A DNA stretch of 21,006 nucleotides from Selaginella moellendorffii (taxonomy: Eukaryota; Plantae; Lycopodiophyta), in NCBI RefSeq assembly GCF_000143415.4, contig NW_003314372.1:498894-519899 (forward strand). The letters run 5' to 3'. Each line of letters starts with the position of its first letter. Position 1 is the first letter of the stretch. Positions 10,696-21,006 of this stretch are shown in pieces. The notes under the pieces are model-generated. The model did no database searches. It was not told where the DNA came from and saw nothing but the letters and a program-made list of their open reading frames with translations. The position numbers and the translations under genes are program-made.

Positions 10696-11811
10696 GCTAA
10701 GATGTAGTCTAAGATTTATATAATATCATAAATTTTCTACCACTTTATCCTACATTGCATTTATACATGAAAACATAATAAGGTATAAATATGATTGAGA
10801 TAACATTAGTACATGGACCATATACAGAATTTTAATTATATGATATTAAACCTATCTATATACCATTTATGAATTTTCTGATATATTATAGCTCTAGCAT
10901 AAAGTCAAGATTATATATCATCAAACCCTACTCTACCCCAGTATAGAGTAAAAAATTACCATTCATTTATCATCATAAAGTTTCAGCATTCATAACAGTG
11001 TTATAAAGCCTTAATTTTAAATATAAAAGCATGAATAAAAATAAATAATATTATTATTTTAGATTTATAAAAATAAATACAGAAATAATGTTTATGATAT
11101 ATAATAGAATACTTTCTATTTTAAATATTACTCTCAAAATGCATGAATATAAATATTAGGTAAAAAGGGAGTATCAATGATAAATATGTAAAATATTAAA
11201 AGTTTTTAAAAGAAAATATAACACATAAAGCTAACGTCTTTCACTTATTATTATGCAATTCCAAAACTTTCAGTCTGAAATGATGAATAGAGAAACTCCA
11301 TAACAATGTTTATATTTTTTAGATTTAAAAGATGTATGCACTTTAAGTGAGTTTTTAAATATATATTAAATATATTTTTAACATCATTATAATTGAGTGT
11401 ACCTAAGTAGCACATACTTTGTTAAGAGGAGTAATTATATAGTTTAATAAATCATCAAATAATAAGATTTTTATCAATTATATAGAGATTTCAAATAAAA
11501 GAAGAAATTAGTTAATAAAAAATGACTCATCTGGCCATGGGATCCCACAGTGAGAAATTCCATTTACAGAATATCCAAGACTTCAGTCAACAATCAGAAT
11601 TTTAAATATAATATAATGTACTGAGTTATATTTATTATGTTATGATGTTTGTTGGTGATGGAGTCAATTGTTGAAGATATTTTTAATATAAATATTATGT
11701 TATGTTTAACTATATATCTTATAATTATGATTATGTTAAAAATTACAAATACGCTTACAACTCTTTGAAATTATTAAAATATCAGAAATAAACACAATGC
11801 TCCCAGCGTAG
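10696..11811 (+). repeat. AT-rich Helitron 3' subterminal module, copy 2, complete
   Basis: Direct repeat of 8137-9218 leading into an intact terminus. Confidence 0.9.
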
Positions 11812-11828
11812 CTGGGACTTTTGCTAGT
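11801..11828 (+). mobile_element. Canonical Helitron 3' terminus
   Basis: TCCCAGC-GTA-GCTGGGA perfect 7-bp-stem hairpin (11801-11817), 6-nt spacer, CTAG (11824-11827), then T. Confidence 0.9.
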
Positions 11829-12270
11829 CCTTCTATATTTAAAAGAGTAAGGGCGACATATTCAATCGAGATTCTTTTCGAGCTTAATGGTGGAGATAAA
11901 GACACGTGGGAAAAACAGTTGAGAGTGGAATGCTTCACAAAATCCAACTGTCCAAATCTGTGACGATTGATATAGACGGCCAAGATGGCAATATGGGAGG
12001 TAATGTTTCAATTCTAGATTTGCAACCGCTCCATCGACTGGGAGGGAATGCTTTGCTTAAGTATGCTTTGCAGATTGATATGTAGATGGTACGTTTCATT
12101 TATCCTATTTCTAACCCTAGGAAGGGATTTGTCTCTGTTTGTAGAGTTCATAGAATTATCAAGTTCGTGAAGAAACGAGACACACTTATGGAAAAAGTAC
12201 TCAACAGAGAATATCATCTGGTAAAAGAGTCTCAACCCCCCTATCTTCGTCCCTGCAATTCTAACTTCAG

Positions 12271-12810
12271 ATGTTCCAGGATGACCAAGATATTCCGACC
12301 AAATGCAGCAACGGCAGAGCCTGGCGAGGGACCGAAAAACCTCCTACCAAAAGCCGCAACCTACATTTGTTCCTTATCCAACACCTTTGAGTAAGTTCCT
12401 TCGATTTAGACACTAGAAAAAACTCTAACGCGTTCTTTTTTGGACAGCTCCGGAAGAACTCCTGGGAACGGCACTGGATAACGATCCTAAGCGGCTGAAA
12501 GTCCCAGCCTATTACAACGAGGTTGTGTTTGTTTCTCCATTTGCAAAGGTTTGAGAGGCTCATGGCTTTCTCTGTGTCGCCATAGTTGTGCTGGATGATC
12601 AGCGAGAACAGGCTCGACGCCTTCCAGACTTACGCTGGGAAAAAAATTGCCAGCATCCGCCTGTGCAGGGGCATTCGACAGATCGACGTGCTCTGCTCGG
12701 AAATGCGACGAGGAATGGGAGTGAAAGGCGAAGAGGCTATGGTGGATGGAGCTCACGACAGGGACAACATCTCGGACAATGAGGGGATTCACGTTGGCAT
12801 CGATGACTAG
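12271..12810 (+). pseudogene. Three-exon 3' fragment of an unidentified gene, copy 2 (exons 12271-12390, 12448-12521, 12586-12810)
   Basis: Phase-compatible GT-AG splicing gives QMQQRQSLARDRKTSYQKPQPTFVPYPTPL-TPEELLGTALDNDPKRLKVPAYYNE-LCWMISENRLDAFQTY...VGIDD*; one early TGA in exon 1. Confidence 0.65.
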
Positions 12811-12845
12811 AATCAAGGTTCTTCACTCTTCTGGTGGGATCGCGC

Positions 12846-14185
12846 GTACACCTAGAGCAAGTGATGCAAGGAACACACCCTTCTCCTCGAGACAGCCACA
12901 ACTCAACGGCCGTCAGGCCTAAGCTCTATGTGTTTGGTGGTACCGATGGAACCAGCCCGCTCAACGATCTCTTTGTTTTGCATACTGGTAGGCTCCAAGT
13001 TCTATCGATTTTTTTTTCTTGTTCTTATCATCTGACGCAGCTACCAACACCTGGAGGAAACCCGACGTTTTTGGTGATGTTCCTGCTCCGAGAGAAGGAC
13101 ATAGCGCGTCTCTCATCGGTGACAACCTGTTCGTGTTTGGGGGATGTGGGAAATCCAGCGATCCCTCAGAGGAGTAGTACTACAACGACCTCCATGTTTT
13201 GAACAGGAGTAATATCCTGTTATCTTCCTTGTTTTCTTCTAAATTTTTTTTTTCTTGTAGATACTTTTGTCTGGAAGAAGATTTCTACCACTGGAGTCTC
13301 GCTTATTCCTCGGGATAGCCACACCTGCTCTTGCTATAAGAACTGTTTCGTTGTCATGGGTGGCGAGGACGGTGGTAATGCCTATCTAAACGACGTTTAT
13401 ATTCTGGACACAGGTACATACATTGTGCTGGTTTTAAACTTGCGAATTCATTTGCGTTTCCAGAAACAATGGCATGGCGGGAGGTAAAGACGACTGGTGC
13501 GGAGCTGATGCTAAGAGCCAGGCACACAACAATCAGCCATGGAAAGTACGTGAGTCTCTCATGGGGCTTTTACGTATTTTGTAGCAACTGGTGTTTGGGC
13601 AACTTCGAATCCCTCTGGTCCCGGGCCTTCTCCACGTTTCTCCCTTGCAGGAGATTCCGTGGACGCAGAGTGAGGCATATGATTCTTCTATGGGGGATGT
13701 AACGAAGAGCTTGAAGCTCTGGATGACATGTATTTCCTCGACACAGGTTGGCTTCTTCTTTAAATGACATTGCTGCCATTCTTGACAATATGGTTGCCGT
13801 TTTTCTGTGAAGAGATGCTGAGGGGGAAAGATCCATCAGAACCAAAGCTATCCATGTGTAAGGAACTTAAGAGAAGGTGGCAAGAGTATCGTGCCACGCC
13901 ATTCGTGCTAGACAAGCAACGGGATGCGGACAAGAGCTTGGTTTCATCTCACAGAGGTATCTGCAGAAAAACTTGGACCTCTCCAATTTTTCCCTGTCAA
14001 ACTCATGCTACAGAGTTTCAAGCTCATGTTCAGCTGCTAGGCGAGAAGATGTTCGAGGCTAGAGTAAGCGACATATTCAACTACAGATACATATTAGAAG
14101 CGTCCATCGATGGGAAGCTTTTCTGTGGGCTGCTCTTCTCGTACAAGCCTGGCTTTGCTCAGGCAGTGCAATCTTACATGGCGAG
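12846..14185 (+). pseudogene. Kelch-repeat gene fragment, copy 2
   Basis: Highly similar to copy 1; premature TAG at 13175-13177; last donor appears mutated (gag|at); 3' end replaced by P450 sequence. Confidence 0.9.
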
Positions 14186-14212
14186 ATTTGTTTCGTTTGA
14201 TTCTCAGTTACT

Positions 14213-14694
14213 CTCAATGAAACACTGCAACTTGCAAAAAATATCCCCAATGGTCTTTAGAAGAGCCTTGTTAGACCTCGAGTTTAATAGTGAGTCTCCT
14301 TCTCTCAAGTGATGTTCAAGTGATTTGGAAGCGTGACTAAGACAAGTACATATGGATCCACCCTGATCCGGAAAAGTTCAATCCAGCTGGGAGGTACGAG
14401 ATTCTCACCCATGCTCTGTAACTCTGGCTGGGATTTTTAACTAGAAATATGGAGCATCTCCATTCACGTTCACACCCTTTGGGATGGGAAATCGAACTTA
14501 CAAACTTGCCAAGCTTCAAATCTTCATTGTCGTCCATTACTTCGTTATTACAGGTAAAGATCTATTATTTGTGCCATTATTCCTTTATCTGGGGTTTGAG
14601 GTGGACTGCCTTGGATCCCAACAGCAAAGTTTCTTACTTGCCACATCCAAGACCACGAGACTTCTATTCTGTAAGAGTTTCAAAACTTCTGTAG
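14213..14694 (+). pseudogene. Cytochrome P450 3' fragment, CYP88/ent-kaurenoic acid oxidase-like (CYP85 clan)
   Basis: LNETLQL (ExxR decayed), ISPMVFRRALLDLEFN, VHMDP..PDPEKFNP, FTPFGMGNRTYKLAKLQI (heme Cys lost), last exon SYLPHPRPRD typical of CYP88; introns retained. Confidence 0.85.
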
Positions 14695-15978
14695 TTATAA
14701 AAGAAAAAAGTACTTTACTGAATTGTACCTCATACAATATGATACCTTATGCATTCTCATGCCTCCACTATTCTAATTTGTCCCTGTCACTTATTGACTT
14801 ATCACAAGGAGCGAATCCTTCTTTGAAGTCACAGGATAAAACTCAAAGACAAGAAGATACTCAAAGGCAGGCTTGCCAAGTACATTGTAGAGGCTGTTTG
14901 TAAGTCCCAAATGTTTCTCATCACAGGTCTTTGGAGGACATGCATAGCTTTTATGACCATGGACCAAATGTTGAGAACAGCAGCATCATCAAGAAGAGTT
15001 GCAGTCTAGCATTTAATTTGTCTCACTTCTGGCACAAGACAATAAGGTTGTTAAAAATAAGGTCTTCATTTATTTTTTAACTAAGTCCTGTTTGCACAGC
15101 AATACAATGCATCAGGAGCTTGCTGGAAACTATGATTTACAGAGTTTCCAAGAAGGTATGAGATTCACGCTGATTACAGCAAGTAACTATCAGGTACACT
15201 TTTAGTGTTTTCGCTCATGAATCATGATCTCCCTTATCTTGAGTTTAGAGAAGCCTGCAAGCATCACCAGATTCTAAGAACTCAGCCAACTATGTGTGTC
15301 TTTGGAGGCTGCCATTATAAGTACTTTTTCTTTAAATTTTATATAACCTTCACTGCTATGGATTCTGTGAATGGCATTTTCAGGACCCCATGTTCCTCCT
15401 CTTCCTCCATCTTTCTAAAATTAATGCAGACAATTTCAAGATTAGCAATGTGCTGAAATCATAAGTCAAGCTTGCCATTGTGTTGTTCTTCAACAGGAAG
15501 TTGTCCAGGCCAAAAGGACGCTGAGTGTTCTTCTCTAGAAGGTTTTCCAGGCCTAAAGGGTGATGCAACGCTTTTGGTGGTAGGGATTCGTGTGTGCAAC
15601 CAGACAACGTACTCCATGTTTGCCAAAAGCATTATAGCTTTAGATTGAAGGCTGCAAAATAAACTGGTCTTACTAATATGACTGCTTGGCCACTTCTCAT
15701 GGAAAAGACATGTTTATGAAAAGTTTGCTTCCCTTATATGTAGTAAAGAATATATTTTGATACTATTGGTGTTTGTTAGCTAAAGGTATTGGGCAAAGAA
15801 ACTTTTTATCCAGATAATACTCTAAAGCCTTACAAATTACATTTAACGAAGATTGAGTAATTAAAAACTATTCACTCCATAAAGAGGGAAATTAATTATA
15901 TCATATACATCATAGTATTATCATATTTTATTTAAGATAATATATTTAGACTAATATAATATCATTATGGACATGTTA

Positions 15979-16503
15979 TATACATAAGGTTAATTTCTTT
16001 TGTATTTGCATTTCTAAAAAATATACTTTTTTTTATCAAACTATCATTTGTAATTAAAGGGTTATTATTTTCACTTTATTGACTCTACTTGATGATTATC
16101 TTGTATTATCAATAAGATTATCAATATATATCAATAATATTATCAATAAGATCAAATTACTTTTAAAAGTTCTCTATATAACTGTTTTTAAGCATGGAAA
16201 ACTTTTAGGAAATGAGATCATGTGGAACATCAATTGTAAACATAATTAAATTATAAATTTATTAAGTTATTAATTAAAAAAAAGATTAACACATGACCAT
16301 GTACATAATAATATTAATATACTTTATATATGATATTTTATTTATGAAATATGTTAATATTGTCAATATAAAAATATACATAAGTTAATTGTTTTATATT
16401 TGCATTTCCAGAAAATATAATTTTTTGTATCAATCTTATCATTTATGAGTAAAGTGTGTTTTTCACATCTTATCAACTCTACTTCATGATTCTCTTGTAT
16501 TAG
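15979..16503. repeat. AT-rich diverged direct duplication (about 15979-16108 and 16374-16503)
   Basis: tatacataag..ttaatt..tatttgcattt..tatcattt..actctactt.atgatt.tcttgtatta occurs in both. Confidence 0.8.
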
Positions 16504-17074
16504 AAATTATATTTTTGAAACCTAGATATTAAAGAACATAATACTAAAAATTATAAAATTTAATGTAATATACTACTATATCCATGAATAATTAAAAAGA
16601 AATTCTATATTGCAAGAACTACTGGTTTCTTCTAGCTCTATGAAATTTTTCACTTTATTAATACTATAGAATACCATTATCTAGATAAAATATAAAATCT
16701 ATTTTCAAGGTAAATTAGAAAAGAGAAACATAATTTCAGCTGGGATTGATATTATATTTAACATGGATGTTGTGGAAAATGCTAATCTTGAAGATTAAAA
16801 ATGATTTTTAAAATTATTCTGATTTGTTGAGGAAGATTTGCGAAGCACAAAGGCAAAACATAAAGACTTTCAGAAGCAAGTTGTAAGAATCTCAAGAGAA
16901 CTTAGGTTTACAACCAAACACATTTTATCGGCCCTTTACTAAACCGGCCATAGTCTATTGTTTAGCAAGATTGGCCAAAGTTAATGTTATAAGCCTCATT
17001 ATAATAAGAATCAAGCAGTGTCTACCTACTACCTTCTAAATCTCCTCAAAATCTGTGCATACTTGCACACATCT

Positions 17075-17174
17075 NNNNNNNNNNNNNNNNNNNNNNNNNN
17101 NNNNNNNNNNNNNNNNNNNNNNNNNNNNNNNNNNNNNNNNNNNNNNNNNNNNNNNNNNNNNNNNNNNNNNNNNN
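17075..17174. other. Assembly gap (100 N, true size unknown)
   Basis: Seen directly. Confidence 1.
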
Positions 17175-17262
17175 AATAAAGAGTAGGATCTTGAAAGGCT
17201 TCTTGAATGTTCTTTCCTTGCTGCTCTATCGTTATCTAGCATGTTAGATGAAAGTCTGTAAG

Positions 17263-17576
17263 AATTCACCAGCAATCGTCCAGTCTTGAGCATGTTGCTA
17301 CCAACTCTAAAGTCATGTACAGTTGACCAGCTTCTAGCTTTGTATGAGCACTGGGTCGTGGTGCAGGGATTTATCTGGGGAATCAACTCCTTCGATAATG
17401 GGGTGTGAACTCGGCAATGTAAACTTGGCTTTCCATTATCTGAAACTAATTGAAAATCCAATCTTTTCAGGTGCTTGCGCCCCGAGTTTGCATACAGATG
17501 AATGCTTCACAAACAAACGAAAGCCCATAGAATGATCTAATCATAGTTCACAATGCTGCTCAACAGTTATTTAAAG
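17263..17576 (+). pseudogene. PgiC: Cytosolic glucose-6-phosphate isomerase, two C-terminal exons (intron 17419-17470)
   Basis: [40 protein letters not shown](Q)WG(V)ELG|VLAPRV..MNASQT..LLNSYLK matches the PGI signature INSFDQWGVELGK; two 1-bp deletions. Missed by the ORF track. Confidence 0.9.
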
Positions 17577-17822
17577 GTGAGAGAACTTGGACAGAGCATG
17601 ACTTCATAACTTTTTGATAATGAGTGAGCTCTTGAGCTTTGCAGGTACATCATGGGTAAAGAACACATGCAATCCGTGCTGCAGCACAACCTGGCTTGCT
17701 GAGTAATATCTTATTGCCAAATGTAACGAAGGAAAATGATTTAAGATATTTGTGACAAAGTAAAGTATTGCAAGATAAAAGTTGGTTAGGGTTATCTTTA
17801 TAGTACATGGTTTCAGAACGAA

Positions 17823-19986
17823 ATGACTTCCTCTTTAGAAAATGGTGAGAGCCAGGAAACACGCAGGTTGCGTTTACATCAACCTTTGAGAATCCCTCGG
17901 AAAGAAGTTTCAGGTGCGATTTACAGCCCAGATGCCTATTATAAATTTGAAATGCTTTACAAATGTGTGTAAAATGATTCCTGTAGATTATAAAAGTGGA
18001 GAAGAAGTTGGACTAGAAGAGATTACAAAAGAGCAAAGCGAAAAGGGTAAGAGTTATCCAAACAAAAATTAATAATAAAAAGTTTCCTACTTGTAACATT
18101 TCCTTTTAGACATGGTAAATGAGACCCGAAGAAATGGTTCTTGTGACATGGAAGTGGACGACAAAGGTAGTGAAATTTATATTAAAAACTAAAGCTATCA
18201 TTATTTTATATACAATAGTGAAATCACATAGTGTTGAGGAAGAAAAGAAAACAGTAACTGATGAAGGTATGTTTAGTGTTTGTTCAGATATTTATTAATA
18301 ATAGTTGCCTTATAGAAGATAAAAAGGAAGAGTGCAAAGATGTACAAGAACAAAGAAAAGACAAAGTTAAAACACAAGGTATTTAACACTTAATAAAAGA
18401 AAAGAGAGTATATGTCTAACCAAAAATGGTTAATAGATGATGCAAATATTCATATTCAGAAGAAAAATGCTTTATTTCGTTAAAGTGGGACTTATTCAGT
18501 AAAGTGGGACATTAATTAGCATGTGTCCACATGCCATTTCCTAGTACTTAATTAATATTTATTAATATTTTTATCAGTTTTTTAATTTATTTTTTTATAT
18601 TTCACAATATTATAACACAAAATCATATGAAAAGTTTTTAATTTATAAATTATAAAGTTAAAACTTCAATTTTTTATTGTTGTTATAAAAATGGCATGTG
18701 GCCACACACCATAAGTGGGATAATGAAAAGTCCCACTTTAACGAAATAAAGCATAAAAGCAGACGCATGGATTTGGGTGAAGCTATTAGTATACGAGAAA
18801 TTGATCGAAGTGTGGCACAGCTAATGTTTGCTGGATACACTTTAAATAGTTATGGTTTGAGACGTGGTCGAACTCAGTCACATAATGTTCGTTTGAGGAT
18901 TGATATGACAGATGTTTATGGAAATGAGACTATTACAGTATGGATGTTCTACAACATTGCTGAAAAAAGGAAACAAGAATTCAGCAAAAACAAGTGGCTT
19001 AAGATATATGGCTTTGAAGTGATGAATGCTGACCCAAAATACGATCGTGGAACATGGAACTATACTCTTAAAATTTCTGAATCGACTATTGTAGAAGAAT
19101 TTCAGCATCCAGCACCAAGACTATGTTTGTTGGTTCACACTATACCAATTAGCGAATATATTGGCATTCACAAAGGTCGTGATTTTGTTGGTTCCATAGA
19201 TGCTGTTGTTATAAAGATTAATGATGCAACATACTCATGTGGCAAGTTAACTGTTGCTGATGGACCAAATGTTTGTGATGCCTTGACAGTATGTATAAAG
19301 ACTGTTGCTTATATTACTAACAAGAATGCTAATGTGTACAGATCAAATTTTTTGGCAAATCTATGCCTTACTTCGAAATACTAATGCAAGAATTCTATTC
19401 TGGAAATGCGCCTACAAGATGTTTCATCAATCTTCAGGGTGATGGCATTTTTAAACATGCAAATGCCACTGATATGACAATTATTACCGATGTTATCATT
19501 TGCGATAAAAAGAAATCTCTCGAATATCTGTTTTGTACAATTGCTGAGAACTTTGATGGGGTAAATATGAATTTCCTTTTATGTTTTGTGAATAGCTCTT
19601 AGTTGTTTATTATTTAGCAGGTCAAAGGTTGGTTTGAAATTGATAATTTGTATCCTGTATCTCTACAAACCACTTGCTCATCTTGTAATACTTTGGTTAC
19701 GAAACGGATTTCAAGGTTTGAAGCAGATTGTGAGTCTTGCACATATAAAGGACTTGTAAGGCAGCAAATTTCACTCAAGGGAAAATTACATAGTTCAGAA
19801 AGTGTTCAAGATGTCGTCATTCCTTCATATCTAATTGACCAATTATATCCTCAAGTGTCATCACTACAAGAACTTTGGAGAGAAGATTCTACAAAAGCAA
19901 AGATTCATATGGCTGGTAATCCCCCTCATGGTAGATTTGCAGTAGGAATAGGCAATGGTATTATGGGGTTTGCACCCAATAAATAA
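17823..19986 (+). CDS. RPA70-like ssDNA-binding protein (OB folds plus C4 Zn finger), 8 exons, about 487 aa, interrupted by a MITE in exon 6
   Basis: Exons 17823-17913, 17987-18046, 18110-18166, 18219-18266, 18316-18378, 18437-18466+18759-19288, 19342-19560, 19621-19986; all GT-AG and in frame (1464 nt). DBD-A-like IDMTDVYGNETITVWMF..AEK..ADPKYD..NYTLKISESTIVEE; DBD-B-like PISEY..FVGSIDAVV; CSSC-x14-CESC. Start codon inferred. Confidence 0.75.
18467..18754. mobile_element. 288-bp MITE with 27-bp perfect TIRs
   Basis: ATGCTTTATTTCGTTAAAGTGGGACTT (18467-18493) and its exact reverse complement (18728-18754); AAAA on both flanks; inner inverted repeat ccacatgccattt/aaatggcatgtgg; AT-rich core. 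Confidence 0.92.
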
Positions 19987-21006
19987 ATCAAAAGGAACAA
20001 GATGTTCTTATTAATTCTTGGTTGATGAATACATCTTTTGTGGATTTAGTTGTTCCAGTTTAGTTGTTTCAATGCAATAAAAAATTTCATATAATATGAT
20101 GCTTAGCCCAGCTTAAGATGACAAACTAAACCAGTGTTTCGTAGTAGACATAATCTGGTATGAGATAAGTTTTAGATATATAGTGTATTTTAAATAGGCA
20201 ACGTTCATTGTCAAGCTTTTGATCTTCATTTGCACACATGAATACATGAGTACTCTATCAAGCAGTTAATTTAAATACATAAACTCAAAGACACATGTTT
20301 CACAGGACCCTCTATAACTCTTTGAAAGAAATGTACTTGGAAATTTTCCATACAGTGATAGAAAACTCATCAGGCTCTTATAGTCCTACCTGAGTTCCAG
20401 TTTCGATTGTAAAATCTAGATCTTTTTATCCTCACTTGTTTTTTTTTTTTTTTACATTCACAATATCTGCTGATTCATCTTTCTGTCATACAGATCTTTG
20501 AGTTGGAAAAGAAATCCATTGCTGACAGTGTATTCGCTCAGAACCATCTGGATTTTTCTTATATTAAGAAGCTTGATGTCCCTGATACTCTTGACAAAAA
20601 ACAGTTCCATGCCTTGCACTTTTTATTTTCAGTTCCCGATCTTATACTGAAAGCCACAAATGATACAAGGATTTTTTATTATGTCCAGAGCTAACATAAC
20701 CAGTTCTTTTGCTTTCCAGGAACTTGAACAATCATCTGTAGAAGAACTCCTATTCCACCAAATTCCATTTTTCTTGAACAACAATCCATGTAACATCGGT
20801 TTATCTTGTCAAGCATTCCAAATATACCACTGAGAAAAGTAGTTTATTTACTAATGTGATGTAGTGTATAGAAGGGTAATGTCAAGGAAATTCAGAGAGT
20901 TTTGGAACTGGACTTTGAATCTGATTCTCACATACATTTTATAACATTGATGATTTATTTTGTTGATTTCCTTCAAGAACATTCAAATTAGGTGGGATGA
21001 GATAAA

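Larger units (their letters stand above)
4466..11827 (+). mobile_element. Composite non-autonomous Helitron A carrying captured gene fragments (5' boundary approximate)
   Basis: 3' end is hairpin plus CTAG|T at 11801-11828. Candidate 5' end a|TC followed by ATATATTTAAACGAAAGAGCC (4477-4497), a motif repeated at 8074-8094. Contains a Rep remnant and same-strand host gene fragments. Confidence 0.65.
11828..17074 (+). mobile_element. Putative composite Helitron B (3' end not located; may continue across the gap)
   Basis: Begins TCCTTCTATATTTAAAAGAG directly after CTAG; carries the unknown-gene and kelch cassette also found in element A, plus a P450 fragment. Confidence 0.55.

Noticed and set aside
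12498-12508. 11-bp inverted match (aaagtcccagc) to the right arm of the terminal hairpin
   Set aside because: Lies in a captured exon about 680 bp away; likely chance rather than a Helentron-type subterminal repeat.
18698-18758. N-terminus MATHHKWDNEKSHFNEIKHK of the 228-aa ORF
   Set aside because: Derived from the MITE's right arm, not from the native gene.
20456-20788. Possible degenerate minus-strand exon, and the 63-aa plus ORF 20503-20694
   Set aside because: About five stops in 111 codons is near random expectation for this AT content; no motif recognised.

Overview
Plant nuclear DNA; very short GT-AG introns of about 50-75 bp suggest a compact genome such as a lycophyte (Selaginella-like), which is an inference. 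From about 4.5 kb onward the window reads as a tandem or nested composite Helitron (rolling-circle transposon) complex. A canonical 3' end (7-bp-stem hairpin, then CTAG|T) lies at 11801-11828. It is immediately followed by a TC-initiated 5'-like head, which looks like a head-to-tail junction. A broken copy of the same 3' end at about 9208-9218 runs into a degenerate Helitron Rep fragment. Captured, intron-containing, same-strand host gene fragments are two kelch-repeat copies, an unknown gene, LAF3-type amidohydrolase, a Ser/Thr kinase, a CYP88/KAO-type P450 and cytosolic PGI. Beyond a 100-N gap lies an 8-exon RPA70-like (OB folds plus Zn finger) gene whose only lesion is a 288-bp MITE with 27-bp perfect TIRs. 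The first 2.7 kb holds a diverged inverted-repeat pair flanking a C19 tract and a 6/12-bp minisatellite. All homology calls come from motif recognition by eye; no searches were run.
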